From positions 1 through 64,000 of the forward strand of contig MCFE01000175.1 of assembly GCA_002104905.1 (NCBI GenBank): DNA of 64,000 bases. Reading direction: 5' to 3'. Every line of letters starts with the position of its first letter. Positions within the stretch are counted from its first letter, which is position 1. Positions 48,380 through 61,800 of the stretch are shown here, piece after piece. Source of the DNA: Basidiobolus meristosporus CBS 931.73 (Eukaryota > Fungi > Basidiobolomycota). Made by a program: the position numbers and the translations under genes. Under the pieces are notes generated by a model, which saw only the letters and a list, made by a program, of their open reading frames with translations, searched no databases and had not been told where the DNA came from.

Positions 48380-50745
48380 TATCCACCTAACTTGGTCACT
48401 TAGATCATTACCTTCAAATCCTAGAGAATACTGACCAAGCTTCTTGTGGGGATCTAATTAGAATATTTGCACTAAAATATCAGGTACCCAAAACATGAAA
48501 ATTCTCAAAGTTGTCCAAACAGCCCCTAATCTTGAACCAATGCTCTTGGGACCTTCCTGAATCTACTCAACATGCTTGTTATGCCAAGACTATGTATATG
48601 TATAGATACTACCTTTACATTGTACAAGTCATCAGGTGAAAACCTCATAAGCTACTTGTCCTCCCAATCACTTCCATTATCTCCAAGACTATTGCAACAG
48701 GTTATGAGCCCCAAGTGGTCACCCTCTGCAATGACTACTAATGCTACTACTGGAATTTCCCCTCTGCTAAGAAGTTGGATGGATTCAACTACCAATTGTG
48801 GAAGGTGGAGATGAAGATGCTACAGAAGAAAGAGGGCTTTGGGATATTGTCATGGGATAAGAGTGCTCTCCTAAAAGCATGGGAGAGAAAACCTTGAAGT
48901 GCCAGAAGAAAGAATAAAGTGCTTTTAACTGCATTTGCCTTAATGCTAAAGACAAATGGCTAATTGATGTGCAAGAGCAAAAACAGCAAAGAATGCCTGA
49001 AAGGCATTAGAAGTTGCCTACCAGTTATGCTCAGCTGCTAAGAAAATGTATCTTGAACAAAAAATATATACTATGAAGTTGCTGCCAGGAGAAGAAATGA
49101 AAAATCTAATCAACAGAATTACCCCGCTAGTAGATCAGATGGAATATGTGGGCATACCAGCTACTGATGCAGATGTGATAGTTGCCATCCTGAATAGCCT
49201 GACACACAGGTTTCAGGGCATTTTGTCAGCCCTAGAGTTTGGAACTGAAGATTTGACCATAATTATCCATATTGAAGGCTCCTGAATGAAGAATTAAGAA
49301 AATCAAGTGCCAATAAGGAGGAAGAAGAATGTGCTTTACTAAGCAACAATAACTAACAAAGGAAGAACCCAAGACTGTTTAAAGGCAATGGCAACCTGCT
49401 TTGCATCTACTGCAAAAGCAAAGGACCTATATCTGACTGGAACCTCAAAAAGAGAGGTTGCAAGCAGAAAAAACCTGAATAAAGAAGTGCTGCAATAACT
49501 GAACATATACTATTTATATCTGTACCTAATATAACCACAAACAAAAATTATCACATGTGGTACATTGACTCTGGAGCATCTCAACACTTGAAACACCACA
49601 AAGAACTTTTTACACAAGACCAAGAAGCTTCAATCAACAAGGTTCTCAGGGGTGACAATAAAACACTTGATGCAGTAGGAGAAGGAACTATCCATGTAAA
49701 CCTTAGAAGCAGTGAAGGAAGCCATACACTGACCTTTAAAGAAGTATTTTAGTACCAGAAATAGCCAAAAATAAGCTATCTGTAAGCAAGGCCACTGCAG
49801 AAGGACTTGGCTTTAGCTTTGACAATTCTGGAGGCAGGATCACCAACCAAAATGGTACCCATATTGCATTGGGCATTAGTGATCAGAATCTATACAAGTT
49901 GGCTTATACTCCATCATTTCTGCAAGCCAATATAAGCAAGTTAAATGAAGAAACAACAATGCTCTGGCACTGGAAGTTTGGACACATCAATGTAGATTAT
50001 TTGCACAAAATGATCCAAGATCAGCTATTTTACAGGGTAGAAATTGGTATCCCAGCTAGTTTGGAGCACTGTGAAGCCTGCATATGTGGGAAACAAGCCA
50101 GTCAGCTGCTCAAGAGCTCTGGGTTGTTCAAAGCTAAGAAAAATTAGATCTATTTCACTCAGATCTGTGTGGACCTATGCAAAATGTATCCTTTGGCAAG
50201 ATGAAATATATGATCAACTTATTGCTGACTGTACAAGATACATGTGGGTCTACTTCATGGAGAGAAAGGAAGAAGCTCTGTCTAGGCTCAGGTAGCTTAA
50301 AGCCATGGTGGAGAGAGAAACCAGTGAAAAAATCTGGAAAATACGCTCTGACAATGATGGAGAATATATCTGAAACTCTTCATCCACTTCTGCAAGGTTT
50401 ATGGAATAAAGCAAGAGACTACAGTACCATTCTCCCCCCTGCAAAATGGAGTAGTAGAATGTGCAAACCGGTCAATAATTGATATGACAAGATCTATGAT
50501 CAATAATCAAAAATTCCCCTGTGATTATTGGACAGAATCAGTTGCCACAGCTGTATACCTTAAGAACAGGAGTTATAGCAAAATGCTTGGTTAATATACT
50601 CCATCTGAACCATGGTATGGATATGCACCAAGTGCAGAGCATCTAAGTATAGCTTGGTGTACAGCATAAGCCAGGATACTGCCTGGAAATCTGTCAAAAC
50701 ATGATCCAAAAGTGTAAAATGCATATTTTTGGGCTACTACAATAC
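48380..50745 (+). mobile_element. Ty1/copia copy F: 5'-truncated LTR to 48699, decayed gag-protease-integrase, interrupted by copy G
   Basis: caaca|ggttatgagcccc, WYIDSGASQHL, LWHWKFGH, YMWVYFMERKEEAL. Ends near the FLGY-like motif. Confidence 0.88.
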
Positions 50746-53510
50746 TGTTGTAAATATTTGTAATTCCACCTGAAAGTTCACCTAACTTAGTCACTGAGAT
50801 CACCACCTTCAAATCCTAGAGAATACTGAACAAGTTCCTTGTTTGGATTTACTTAGAATATTTTCACCAAAATACCAGGTATCCAAAACATGAAAATTCT
50901 CAGAGTTGTCCAAATGGCCGCAAACTTTGCCCACATATTCTTGGGACCTTCCTTAGCCTATTCTACGTGTTTGTAATGCCATGAATATGTAAAAGTATAA
51001 GTACTACTTTTACATTCAATAAATCATTAAGTGAAAACCACATAATAGACTTGTTCCGTTGGATAGTGCCACTTTGAGCCATTAGTGCCAAATGATGCCA
51101 TAGTGTGCCAGGGAGGCCAAGTGAGCTCATACCTGGCCACAGAGTGTGGAACATAGCTCTACATCTTTATGTAAAGCAGCCCCTGTGTTTCACCCATTGC
51201 GCTGGAGAAAATCCATTTTTTGACCTTTTTTTTTTAGATCAATGTTGTGCAGGATGTGTAAGAGCATAAAAGGACTGAAGATATGCATCTGATACTCAAT
51301 ACCCATGGCACTCTGAATCTAGCTCCTGTGGCCTGTAACATGTCCCAAAAATGCATGGCACTATCTTGGTCCACTGGTACTATCTGGCACTATAAGTGCT
51401 TTGTATTGGTCTTACTTTGTGCTAAAAATTAAATATAGTGCCAGATAGTACCAGTGGACCAAGATAGTGCCATGCATTTTTGGGACATGTTACAGGCCAC
51501 AGGAGCTAGATTCAGAGTGCCATGGGTATTGAGTACCAGATGCATGTCTTCAGTGCTCCTGTACTCTTACACACCTTGAACTACATTGATCTACAAAAAG
51601 GTCAAAAATTGGACTCTCTCCTACGCAATGGTTGAAACACAGGGGCTACTTTGCATGAAGATGCAGAACTATGTTTCATACTCTGTGGCCAAGTATAGGT
51701 TCACTTGGCTGCTCTGGCACACTATGGCTTCATTTGGCATTCATGGCTGAATGTGGCACTATCCAACAGAACAAGTCTAATATACTGGTCCTCCTAATCA
51801 CTTCCTATATCTCCAAGACTCTTACAACAAGTTATCAGCCTCAAGCTGTCACTCTCTGCAATATCTACTACTGCTATTACAGGAATTTTTTTCCTCTGCT
51901 GAAAAGTTGGATGGATCTAGCTGCCAAGTGTGGAAGGTGAAGATGAAGATGCTGCTACAAGAAAGAGGCCTTTGGGATATTGTCATGGGAGAAGAATGCC
52001 CTCCTAAAAATGTGGCAGAGAAAGCCTTAAAGTACCAGAAGAAAGAACAAAGTGTCTTTAACTGCATTTGTCTTAATGTTAGAGACAAATTGCTAATTCA
52101 ATACTCAAGAGCAAAAACAGCAAAGAATACCTGGAAGGCATTAGAAGACACCTACCAGTCATGTTTGGCTGCCAAGAAAATGTATCTGAGACAAAAAATC
52201 TTTACTACAAAGATGCTGCCAGGAGAAGAAATGAAAAATCTAATTAACAGAATTACCCTGCTGGTAGATGAAATGGAATTTGTGGGTGTACCAACTACTG
52301 ATCAAGATGTGATAGTTACCATCCTGAAAAGCCTGACCAATGAGCCTCAGGGCCTTGAATCAGCCCTAGAGTCCAGAACTGAAGATTTGACCTTAAATTA
52401 CATATATGGAAGGCTCCTGGATGAAGAATTGAGAAAATCAAGTGCCAATAAGAAGGAAGAAGAAAATGCTTTAATAAGCAATGATAACCAACAAAGGAGG
52501 TACCCAAGACCCTACAAAGACAACAGCAACCTGTTTGGCAATTACTGCAAAAGGAAAGGATACACATCAAACTGGTGTTTCAAAAAGAGAGATAAACAGC
52601 AAAAGAAGCCTGAATATGGAAATGCTGCAACAACTGAAGATAGACTATTCATATATGCACTAAGTATGACCACAAACAAATATTCTTAGATGTGGTACAT
52701 TGACTCTGGAGCATCTCAGCACTTTACATACCAAAAAGAACCTTTTACCCAATATCAAGAAATTCCAATTTGGAAGGTTTTCATGGGTGACAATAGAACA
52801 CTTGATGCAGTGGGAGAAGAAACTATCTAAGTAAACCTAATAAGCGGTGAAGGAAGCCATACACTGACCTTTAAAGGAGTGCTATATGTACTAGAAATAG
52901 CCTAGAATCTACTGTCTGTATGCAAGGCTACAGCAGAAGGACTCAGCTTCAGCTTTGACAATTCTGGATGCAATATCACTGATCAAAATGGTGCCCATAT
53001 TGCTTAGGGTATCAGAGATCAGAATCTATGCAATTTGACATATATTCCATCATATTTGGAAGCCAATATAAGTAACCTGAGTCAAAACACTAATGCTTTG
53101 GCACAGGAGATTTAGGCACCTCAATTTTGATTATTTGCACAAAATGATCAAAGATCAGCTAATTTCTGGATTAAATATTGATCCCCATCTAGTCTGGAGT
53201 ACTGTGAGCCCTGCATATATGAGAAACAAGCCTGACAGCTGCTCAAGACCTCTGGGTCAATCAAAACTAAGAAAAAATTAGATCTAATTCACACATATCT
53301 GTGTGGACCTATACAAAATTTATCTTTAGGCAGGATGATGTATTTAATCACCTTTTTTGATGATTATACAAGATACACAAGGTCTACTTCATGGAGAGAA
53401 AGGAAGAAGCTCTGTCTAAGTTCAGTGAATTTACAGCCATGGTAGAGAGAGAAGCTGGTGAAATAATCAAGAAAATATGCTCCAACAATGGTGGAGAGTA
53501 TACCTCTTGA
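50746..53510 (+). mobile_element. Ty1/copia copy G: LTR 50746-51829 (carries the foldback insertion), gag ORF 51907-52689, decayed pol to the integrase NGGEY motif
   Basis: The LTR minus the 732-bp insert and 3-bp TSD is exactly 349 bp. Gag has a zinc knuckle CKRKGYTSNWC, followed by WYIDSGAS. Confidence 0.92.
51047..51778. mobile_element. Foldback / MITE-like element, copy 2 (arms 51047-51394 and 51434-51778, 39-bp loop, AAT target duplication)
   Basis: Ends agacttgttc...gaacaagtct. AAT at 51044-51046 and 51779-51781. The loop is the reverse complement of the copy-1 loop. The empty site matches uninterrupted LTR copies in length. Confidence 0.93.
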
Positions 53511-53519
53511 ATAACTGCA

Positions 53520-56460
53520 AAACACTGCCTAGTACTTTATCAATCAGTCCCTTCTACCTGGTGGATTCTAGTCCCCCTCATAGGTGCACTATGGTTCTTA
53601 TATGTATGGATCTCATATTGAGAGCCACAGAAGCTACCTTGTACCCATAACAAGCCTGGCATACTTTGGTAAAGTCATCCTAATAATAATTAGATGCTTA
53701 TTATATCTAACACAACCTTACATTATTTAGCTGACTACCCAGGCACTAGGCTGCTTAATTTCTTAATGCCAGATGCATAGATGTCTCTATGTGCACATCT
53801 GTGCTCAGTACCTTCCAACCTATCCTGGCTGTCCTCCATGTACCTACAGACCATATCAATAGCAACCTGAGGGCTATATTCTTGATGAGATTTGGATATG
53901 GATGTACTTGCAACTTGACAGACTGGAGGGTTATATTCTTGATAAGATTAGAAAATGGCAGTACCTGCAACTAGACTTGATTTCCCATCTCCCCACATAT
54001 CTGCTCAGTAGGAAACTCCAAAATGTGGAGCAAGGCACAATATTCTCCTCATGGCAAGCAGGACAGAATAGAGATTGCATACATTAGCAGCAGAGATCAC
54101 AAACTCACATGACTCAGTTTGTGCAAGGTGAATGGTACAGCTAGGTGCTGTTAGAGAAGTATCAAGTGGCCCACAAGACACTGTAGGTACAGCAGTGACT
54201 GAAGGATGGTAGAATATGAGTTGTGCGGCAAAATGCAGGCTGTGATCCTTGTTGTACTTCCTATACTGTCTGCATGCTACATGGCTGAGAGACTTGCTAC
54301 AATAGCCACATGGTCTTTCTACTCTTCTCTTATGGTGCTGAATCATAGTAGTCATGTCCATGGGGTAAACAGTTTGAGACTCAACAATGTAACACTATTA
54401 TATCATTTTTTTGCAATACTCATGTGAACTTAAGACAGTCTTGTTCTTGATACATTGCACCTACACAAATGTAAGATTTAATGATAACCAGCCATAGTAG
54501 GCATTATAAATAAAGTTGTAGCACCACATACACATGTATATGTAACACCATTTCCCCTTTGCTTTGAATCACTTCCATATATATGCCACCAAAAAATAAA
54601 GCAAAGTTGTCTGGTTCCCAACAAAGCCCCACTGCTGACAGCAGCAGAAGAGCAGTTGGCCAACAGCATGCATTGACAGTCAGTGCAACAATTGGGGCTA
54701 CAGCCAAAAAAGGCCCTGTGGAGAGTATAACCACTGAAGGCAATAATGCAGACTCCTAAAGCTCTCAGTCATGTAGGCAATGAGGAATCTCTACAAAGCT
54801 GCAAGCAGATCACAATGCAGAGGCAGATGTGAATGTAGCAAAAGCAGTACCTTCAGCTGAAGACAAGCAAGTAGCTGTTGTAGCATCACCACCTCCTGTA
54901 TCAGCAACTATGTTGTCAAATAATACAAAAGCATTAATGAGTCAAGTTGGTGCTGTGGCTGAAAGGATAGTTGCAAAGGCCCAGAAAAATCAGGAAATAG
55001 TTCAGAAACAGGATAAGCAGAAAATACCTGTGAAGCAATCAATATCCCAGGTAGAGAAAGCAGTATCTTTCCTGCTGAGAAGGAACTCAAGTAGCTCAAT
55101 GTCACAACTAAGAGTTGAGTCATTTCCTATTGTCATAGCAGAGAGAGACAGTGGAGTCTTTGAAGCACAACAGCCGTGCCCAAAGATAAAGCCTCCAGAA
55201 GAACCTATCACAGCATGGGAGGGAGAAGCTATAGTGTTTATACCAAAGCCAAAAATCAGAAGACATTAATGATCTGGGAAGCCATCTAGTGCAATGATGA
55301 AGAATTGGCTAATATTCAACAGGATGTTAGAAGTCAAGCACACCAGCACCTTGAGGCTGGCGTACTATGGGACCATCAGGAACTCAAGGCCAAGCAGAAT
55401 GTGCTTGACATGTTCCATAAACTTTATCCTGGATTCAAATGGGAAAACACATATTGGGCTAGCATTGGTATGCTAAGAAGGTATATCAAGAATAGCAGAA
55501 ACTATCAAACGCAACAGAGTAAGGGTGCAATGGCTAAAAACCAGCAGCTTCCTCAAAAGCCTGTTACAAGCAGGGCCAAAAGCTACAAACAAGCATCACA
55601 GAGACATCAGGCATCCAGAAGTGTGCCAATAAGGACAAGCAGGCAGACACAGATGCACCAACACAATATTTATCAAGGAAAGAAGTAGCTTCACTCAGGA
55701 AGCGCACAGTCAATGTATCAGTGAAGGACCTTGCAGTCATAGAAATCAGTGGTTACCTCAGGAGCCCATCACAGCATAGGCTGAGTGCTCAAAACAAGTA
55801 GAAAAAAAAGCGTCAGGTTGCCTGTAGAGCACCAGTATGGAACATGCAGGCCAAAACAGCTGCATCCAAGCAGCATTTACCAAGGAGAAAGTGTAGTTCA
55901 ATACAAGAAGCCCTCAGACAGAGTAGCAGTGAAAGACCTGGCAGTGATAAAGGAAAAGAAAAAGGGAACAAAGTCTATTCAAGCCAGAGACAGGAAGTGT
56001 TGTGTTATATTATGATTAGTTTGGGGCTTGTTCTACAATGTAAAGGCTAATCAACAATATACAACAACTTTATGTATGTTAATACTGAAATAGTTTATTG
56101 GGAGTTTGATAAACCAATAGAAGATATAACTTTCACTAATATCCTCAATCTTAGGCTCAAAATATACTATAGGCAGTGTTTCTCACTTCTACAGCAGCGT
56201 TCTGACCATCTGTTTACTAAAGGGCTTATTTACTTTTATAGTAACCTTTCCTTATTTGGAAGCCACTTTCCTTTCTGAGAAATTATTTACTTATATGGAA
56301 ACTCTAAACTCCCCTTTAACCTAAAGGGGTGTGTTGTAGAAGTCTCTAAAGGGGTCTTTAGACCTAAAGGGGTGTCTAAAGGGGTGTCTTTAGAGTAAAG
56401 GGGCTTCTTAGAGGGGACTTTTCCAACAGAAAAGTGGTAGTTTCTTGTAGAACTTAGATT
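53520..56460 (+). mobile_element. Unclassified CpG-depleted repeat with decayed ORFs (54829-55269, ~55270-55688)
   Basis: CpG nearly absent. Protein-like segment IQQDVRSQAHQHL..LWDHQ..KQNVLDMFHKLYPGF..YWASIGMLRRYIKNSRNY. Internal duplications. No termini identified. Confidence 0.45.
56311..56416 (+). repeat. Array of TAAAGGGG octamers
   Basis: Direct copies at 56322, 56347, 56365, 56377 and 56396, variant TAGAGGGG at 56409, inverted CCCCTTTA at 56311. Confidence 0.8.
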
Positions 56461-56824
56461 GGATTCTTGTGAGCTTTGCAGTCTCTTTGCTGATGTAGTA
56501 CCAATCAAAGTCAGAATACTCAACAGTTCAAGTGATGCAGGGAAGTCTTATAACCTTTAAACTTGTAATTGTAGTGTGGAGATTCTGGAAAGAGAGGCTC
56601 TCTTTTATTTTTCAGCTGGGGAAGTTATATACATGAAATTTCTGAAGGATCAAAGTTTTTGGGCAATTGCACAAGCAATACATGTGATACAAAGCTAACA
56701 TTATGCAGTGGTGCAGATTGAACATAGATGCAGCACCTATGAGAACTTCATGTTATTTGATTGGCTGGCTCAAAAGTTACACGTGATCAAAGTCACCAGA
56801 GTAATCCTAGCAATAGTGGCCTAG

Positions 56825-57773
56825 TGTTATGAATAGACACAAGGCAGGAGATTAGAGCTAGGCAAGGCAGGACCAGGAAAGGACTTAGGTGTGGATCAAC
56901 AAGGCAAGGTGTGTTTCCAAGGCAAGGCTGTTTATTCAAGACCTGTGTTTATCAGACTGCGGAATACATAAGGGGGGATAGGACTATATATACCTTTTGG
57001 CAATATGGATGCCAAGAGATATTGGCTAATACTGATGGGGTTCTGGGGTGAGGCACAGTAAGTGTGCCAAGATAGAATATACTAAAGAACAGACTGGAAT
57101 ATCACATGGAGATATGTCAGGAGTCAGGTGATCATGTGACTAGGTCATGTGACATGTAGTTACCATATATGGCATGGGACTACATAAACTCTAATGGTAA
57201 GCTTCTATAGAATGTTCTGTAGTGTAACATTGACTTGGAGCTTGCAAGAAGTTGCTCCAATGTAGTAGAACTTTTTAGAATGAACTGAGATTTCTTCACT
57301 GACTTGATTTGGCTAGATAACCAGAGACCAGGGATGTCATATGTTCATGACTCTATTCTCATCATTTGAGGGGCTCTCCTCAAGCTTTTGATTTTGGCTT
57401 GTTGGGGCATATCTGGTGGAATAGCACAACTAGATCTTGGCTGTTTGTTAGGTTTGCTGCTGGTTCCCAAGTTTGATCATTTGGGCCATAACCCACCCAA
57501 TCTACTAGATTGTGAAGTTGGGATCTGATGTACTTTGAATCCAATACTTGCTGAACTTCAAACTCTTGGTGTTTGTCCACTTGGATGGCTGGGGGATTTG
57601 CTGGGTGCTGGTTGGGTAGAGTACTTTCATGGAATGGTTCTAGGAGGGATACATGGAATGTATCATGAGTTTTCATACTTGGTGGCAACTGAAGCTGGTA
57701 CACAAATGGACTAAATTTCTTCTTGATCTTGAATAGACCTAGTTTCTTGTAGTCTAATTTGTCACAAGGGCAG
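56825..57773 (-). mobile_element. Chromovirus (Ty3/gypsy) 3' fragment: integrase C-terminus with chromodomain and probable 3' LTR (~56825-57364)
   Basis: GLFKI...YQLQLP...HDTFHVSLLEP, FEVQQVLDSK, LVDWVGYGPNDQTWEP. Interrupted at 57773/4 by the younger gypsy. LTR limits approximate. Confidence 0.82.
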
Positions 57774-58844
57774 TGTGGTGGTGTATAAGTCCAAGGGAGA
57801 TATACGTCCAACACTTCTCAAGTGTTTTGTGTGTGGGGTGTTCACTGGGTGCGATAACCTCTGGCAAAAGCTTGCTAGGAATACTTGGGTTCTGTCTCTA
57901 ATCTAATGTGAAGGGGAATAAAGCCACAAGCTTGCCAAGGGAAAACTATTGAGCTACAATCCCCAACTTAGTTGGCGTCTTAACAAAAGTATGTGCTGGG
58001 TTCAGCGTCCTTTGAGATGACAATGTACTAAAGCTTCCAAAGTCAAAACAGCTGTAAACTCCACCAGCAGGGACTTGATAAGAATGCAGCTGTGGTCAAT
58101 AGTTACAAAGACAGAAAAGTATCTTTGCCTGTACAAGAACCAACTTGGGAAAGAATCAAATATAATAAAAGATACCTACTCTGAGTATTCCTCACAAGTA
58201 GTGCCTCCAAGGTCAGTTGGCTGTCAGCGCGGTTTCCTGGGAGTGTCCTGTGGTCTGGGGTTGGAAGTTCAGGTAGCAGCAGGTAGCAGTGATCACACTA
58301 ATCAACAAGTTGGTATATTGATAAAAGGGATGATGATTTATTGTTGAGGGATAGCCTCCCTTATATACTTTTCTGACTGGCTAAGTGATTACTAATCATG
58401 GTGTTCCAGAAGGTTCCGGAGATCAATAGAAATCTTAATGACATCAGAATGACCTAAGAATGTTCTAAGTAGGTGCCGGAAGGTTCTAAGAGGCACAGCA
58501 CATCCAACCAATCAGGGATCAGTATTCTGAAACCTGTGTAACATGGGGATACCATATATGGTATGGAAATGGTAGGGATGGTGACACGGGCTGATCATGT
58601 GTCACGGGTACTGGCGCAGGTACTTGCCTAATATAGAAGCACTTGTAGCTAGTAATCTTACATAAAGTGAGGGGTAACTTATGCAATAAGGTAAGCAGGC
58701 GTGATAGTCAACCGGCTTATGGGATAGTACTGATTGGGCAAGACAAATGGGATAAAACTAAAATGAGTGTAGTAGGGATATAGGGAAGTAGAAAATAAGG
58801 GAATGCGCACATCTGTCAGTGGCTGTCACTGTCACCCCACTACA
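57774..58844 (-). repeat. 3' LTR of the young gypsy (1071 bp)
   Basis: Starts TGTAG after the PPT and ends CACCACA on the minus strand. 122 bp match the 5' LTR with no mismatch. Confidence 0.93.
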
Positions 58845-58883
58845 TCCACCCCCCTCTCAGCTTTGAACTTGGGTCAAAGCAAA

Positions 58884-61800
58884 CTAATCTTGATGTGCAA
58901 AATTCCTATGCTTGAATAACTTAAGTTGGTTTCCAGCAACTGGTGCTCTCAACTGGGTGTTGTCAAGCTCAGATATGTAATAACTTCCATTTCCAATCAC
59001 CTTGGAAATGAGGTAGGGGCCAGTCCATTTGTTGTCAAACTTCCGACTCCATTGTTTGTCTAAGGTGGAATCATAGAGTAGTACTGGGTCTCCTAGTGAT
59101 AGTGGTTTTGGTCTTATTGAGTGTGATTTTTCAAAGGGCACCTTGTTCTTCAGTCGTGTATCCTTAAGTTGTTCAGCAGCTCTGCTGATATTCAAGTCAT
59201 GGTGATCAAGTTGCTGTATGCGAGTTGCAAGGAGGTCTTCAGTCTGCATATTGGATCTCCAATTCAATGAGTTCCAAGTGACTGTGCTTAACTCAACTGG
59301 TAGTATGCAGTCATGTCCATAGAGTAGTTTGAATGGCGATAATCCAGTTGTTCTCTTGGTAGTAATTCTATCTGCCCAGAGTGCAAGATGTAATTGCTGT
59401 GGCCACAGTGTTGTGTTTTTCTCACAGGCCTTGACAAGAGAGTTCACCAATGGTCCATGTCCTCTCTCTATCATTCCATTGGCTTGAGGGTGGTAAGCGG
59501 TTGTAAAAGCAATGTGTATCTTGTACTTTAAGCACAACTCCTGGATCATTTGGGATGTCATCTCTCCTCTGTCAGCAACAAACTGTTGGATGCAGCCAAA
59601 TCTGCAGATGATGTCTTCAAGTATAAATCTCCATATGGTATGGCTCTTGTTGTTGGGCAAGGCTCGAGCCTCTGCCCATCCACTAAGGTCATCTCTAGCA
59701 ACAATCAGGTACTTTTTTGATCCAGCTGTTGGCATGTGGACAAGGTCAATACCAACCTTTTGCCATAGACAGATTGTGTAAGTAGGATGCAGTGGTTCTT
59801 CATAACGCTTGGAGGATCTCTTCTGGCAGGCTACACATGACTCAACAAAGTGTTGAATATCATAGTACATGTTTTCCCAGTAGTACCTCTGAGCTGTGGT
59901 ATAGTAGGTGGCTTCTTGTCCTCTATGTCCTCCTGGTTCTCCTTGGTGGATACTTGTCATGATGTTCAGTTGCTCTTGAGGGGTAGTGATTACTCTTCTT
60001 GGCATAAGTCCAGGCTTCACTTGCTTAAAGAGAAGATCATCTTTAAGATAGTAGTGGTGTGCCTTCTTCCTGAGTTTTCTAAACTCCTGAATATCCATCC
60101 AACTAGGTTTCTTAAGTGTCCTTAGATATTCCTTGATCAGACTCCAGGTAGTTCTCTCTTGGTCTTTGATGGCAATCTGTCGGATCTCTGCATCAATAAT
60201 ATCATCAAAGTGAGGGTCCAAGTCTTCAAATAATTGTGGTCCCTTCCTGGAGAGTGCATCAGCCACAACATTTGTTTTGCCAGGGATATGTCTGACCGCA
60301 AAGTCAAACATTTTCAGCCATGCCATCCATTGGTTTGTGGCATCATCAGGTAGGTCAGGTTTGTTGATCATTCCTATAAGTGGCTTGGCATCTGTCTCCA
60401 GGATAAAATGTGTCATGTAGAGTTGTGACTTCAGTTTCCTCAGCATCTTCACAACTCCTAGTAGTTCTCTCTTAATCTGTGAGTATCTTTGCTCTCTAGG
60501 AGAGAATAGGCAGCTCTCATATCTGCAGGCATAGCGGTTGCCATCTTCATCATCTTGTCCAAGTAGTGCTCCAGCTCCTATGGGGCTTGCATCCACTGTC
60601 AAAATAGGTGGGCATTCAGTGTTTTGATAGTCAAGAGGTCTTAGAACTGGTGGAGATACTAAGGCCGCTTTCAGTAATTGCATGGCTTCTTCTTGCTCTT
60701 CTCCCCAGATAAATGGGGTGTTCTTTCTCTGTAGTCGGTAAATTGGTTCTGCTATCTCAGAAAATCTTGGGATCCAGATCCAAAAGAACCCACAAGCAGC
60801 CACAAAGCCACAAGCTTGTGTGAGATTTGTGGGGGTAGGCCAGTTGCATATCTTTTGTGTCTTGGAGTCTCCAGGTGAACGACCAAAGGTGTTGCATTTT
60901 TGTCTAACAATGGATATCTCTGATACACCAAAGCTGCTTTTCTCACCACTGATGGTGAGTCCAGCTTCTTCAATGGCTCCTAATATGGCATCATTGTATG
61001 CGATATGGTCATAAACAAACTTTCTTACTCCAGGCATAACTTCAGTGGTGTCCCGGAATTTTGGTCCTTTGATGCCTATGTCATCCACAAAGACAGCACG
61101 TTTCTCAGGTATAAACTGATACAGCACATTTACCATGCATCTCTGGAACTGAGCCACGGAGTTTGTAGCCCCTTGACTGAGTCTTGTCATCCTTAACAGT
61201 CCAAATGGTGTCTGTAGTGCAAACATATCTCTTGATGTCTCATCAAGGGGGATCTGGTCATACCCTGAGTAGAGATCATATGTTGAGTAGATGGAGTGGC
61301 CACTAAAGCTTTCTGCAAAGTCATCAATAGATGGAGGTATAGCAGCATCTCTGATAGTGACAGCATTTGCAGGTTGCATGTCTTGAATGAATCGGAGCTT
61401 TCCATTCTTCTTTTTTGTCACAAACCATCTGTTAGCATAGGGTCCATGGCAAGGTTCTAGGATACCAGCTTCTATCTTCTTCTTAAGTAGGTCATGCACA
61501 TCAGCTTGGAGTCCTCTGGGCAGTGGGTAAGGCTTAAATGACCAGGGTGTGTGGGGCACTGTATGAATCTTGATGGGTTTTTCAACCAATGTCTTTAAGA
61601 GTCCTATCTCCTTGTCATTATATGAGAAGACCTTATCATGCCCTTTCAAGGTCTCCTTGAATAATAGTATCTCCTCTGGTGTTAGGTTTCCATCACCAAT
61701 GATAAGTTGCTTAAGTCTCTCAGGTGTAAGTCGTATATCATCTGGTGTTTCATCTGGTGGTCTAATGTAATCAGCAGGTTGAGATCCATCAGTCAGTGGG

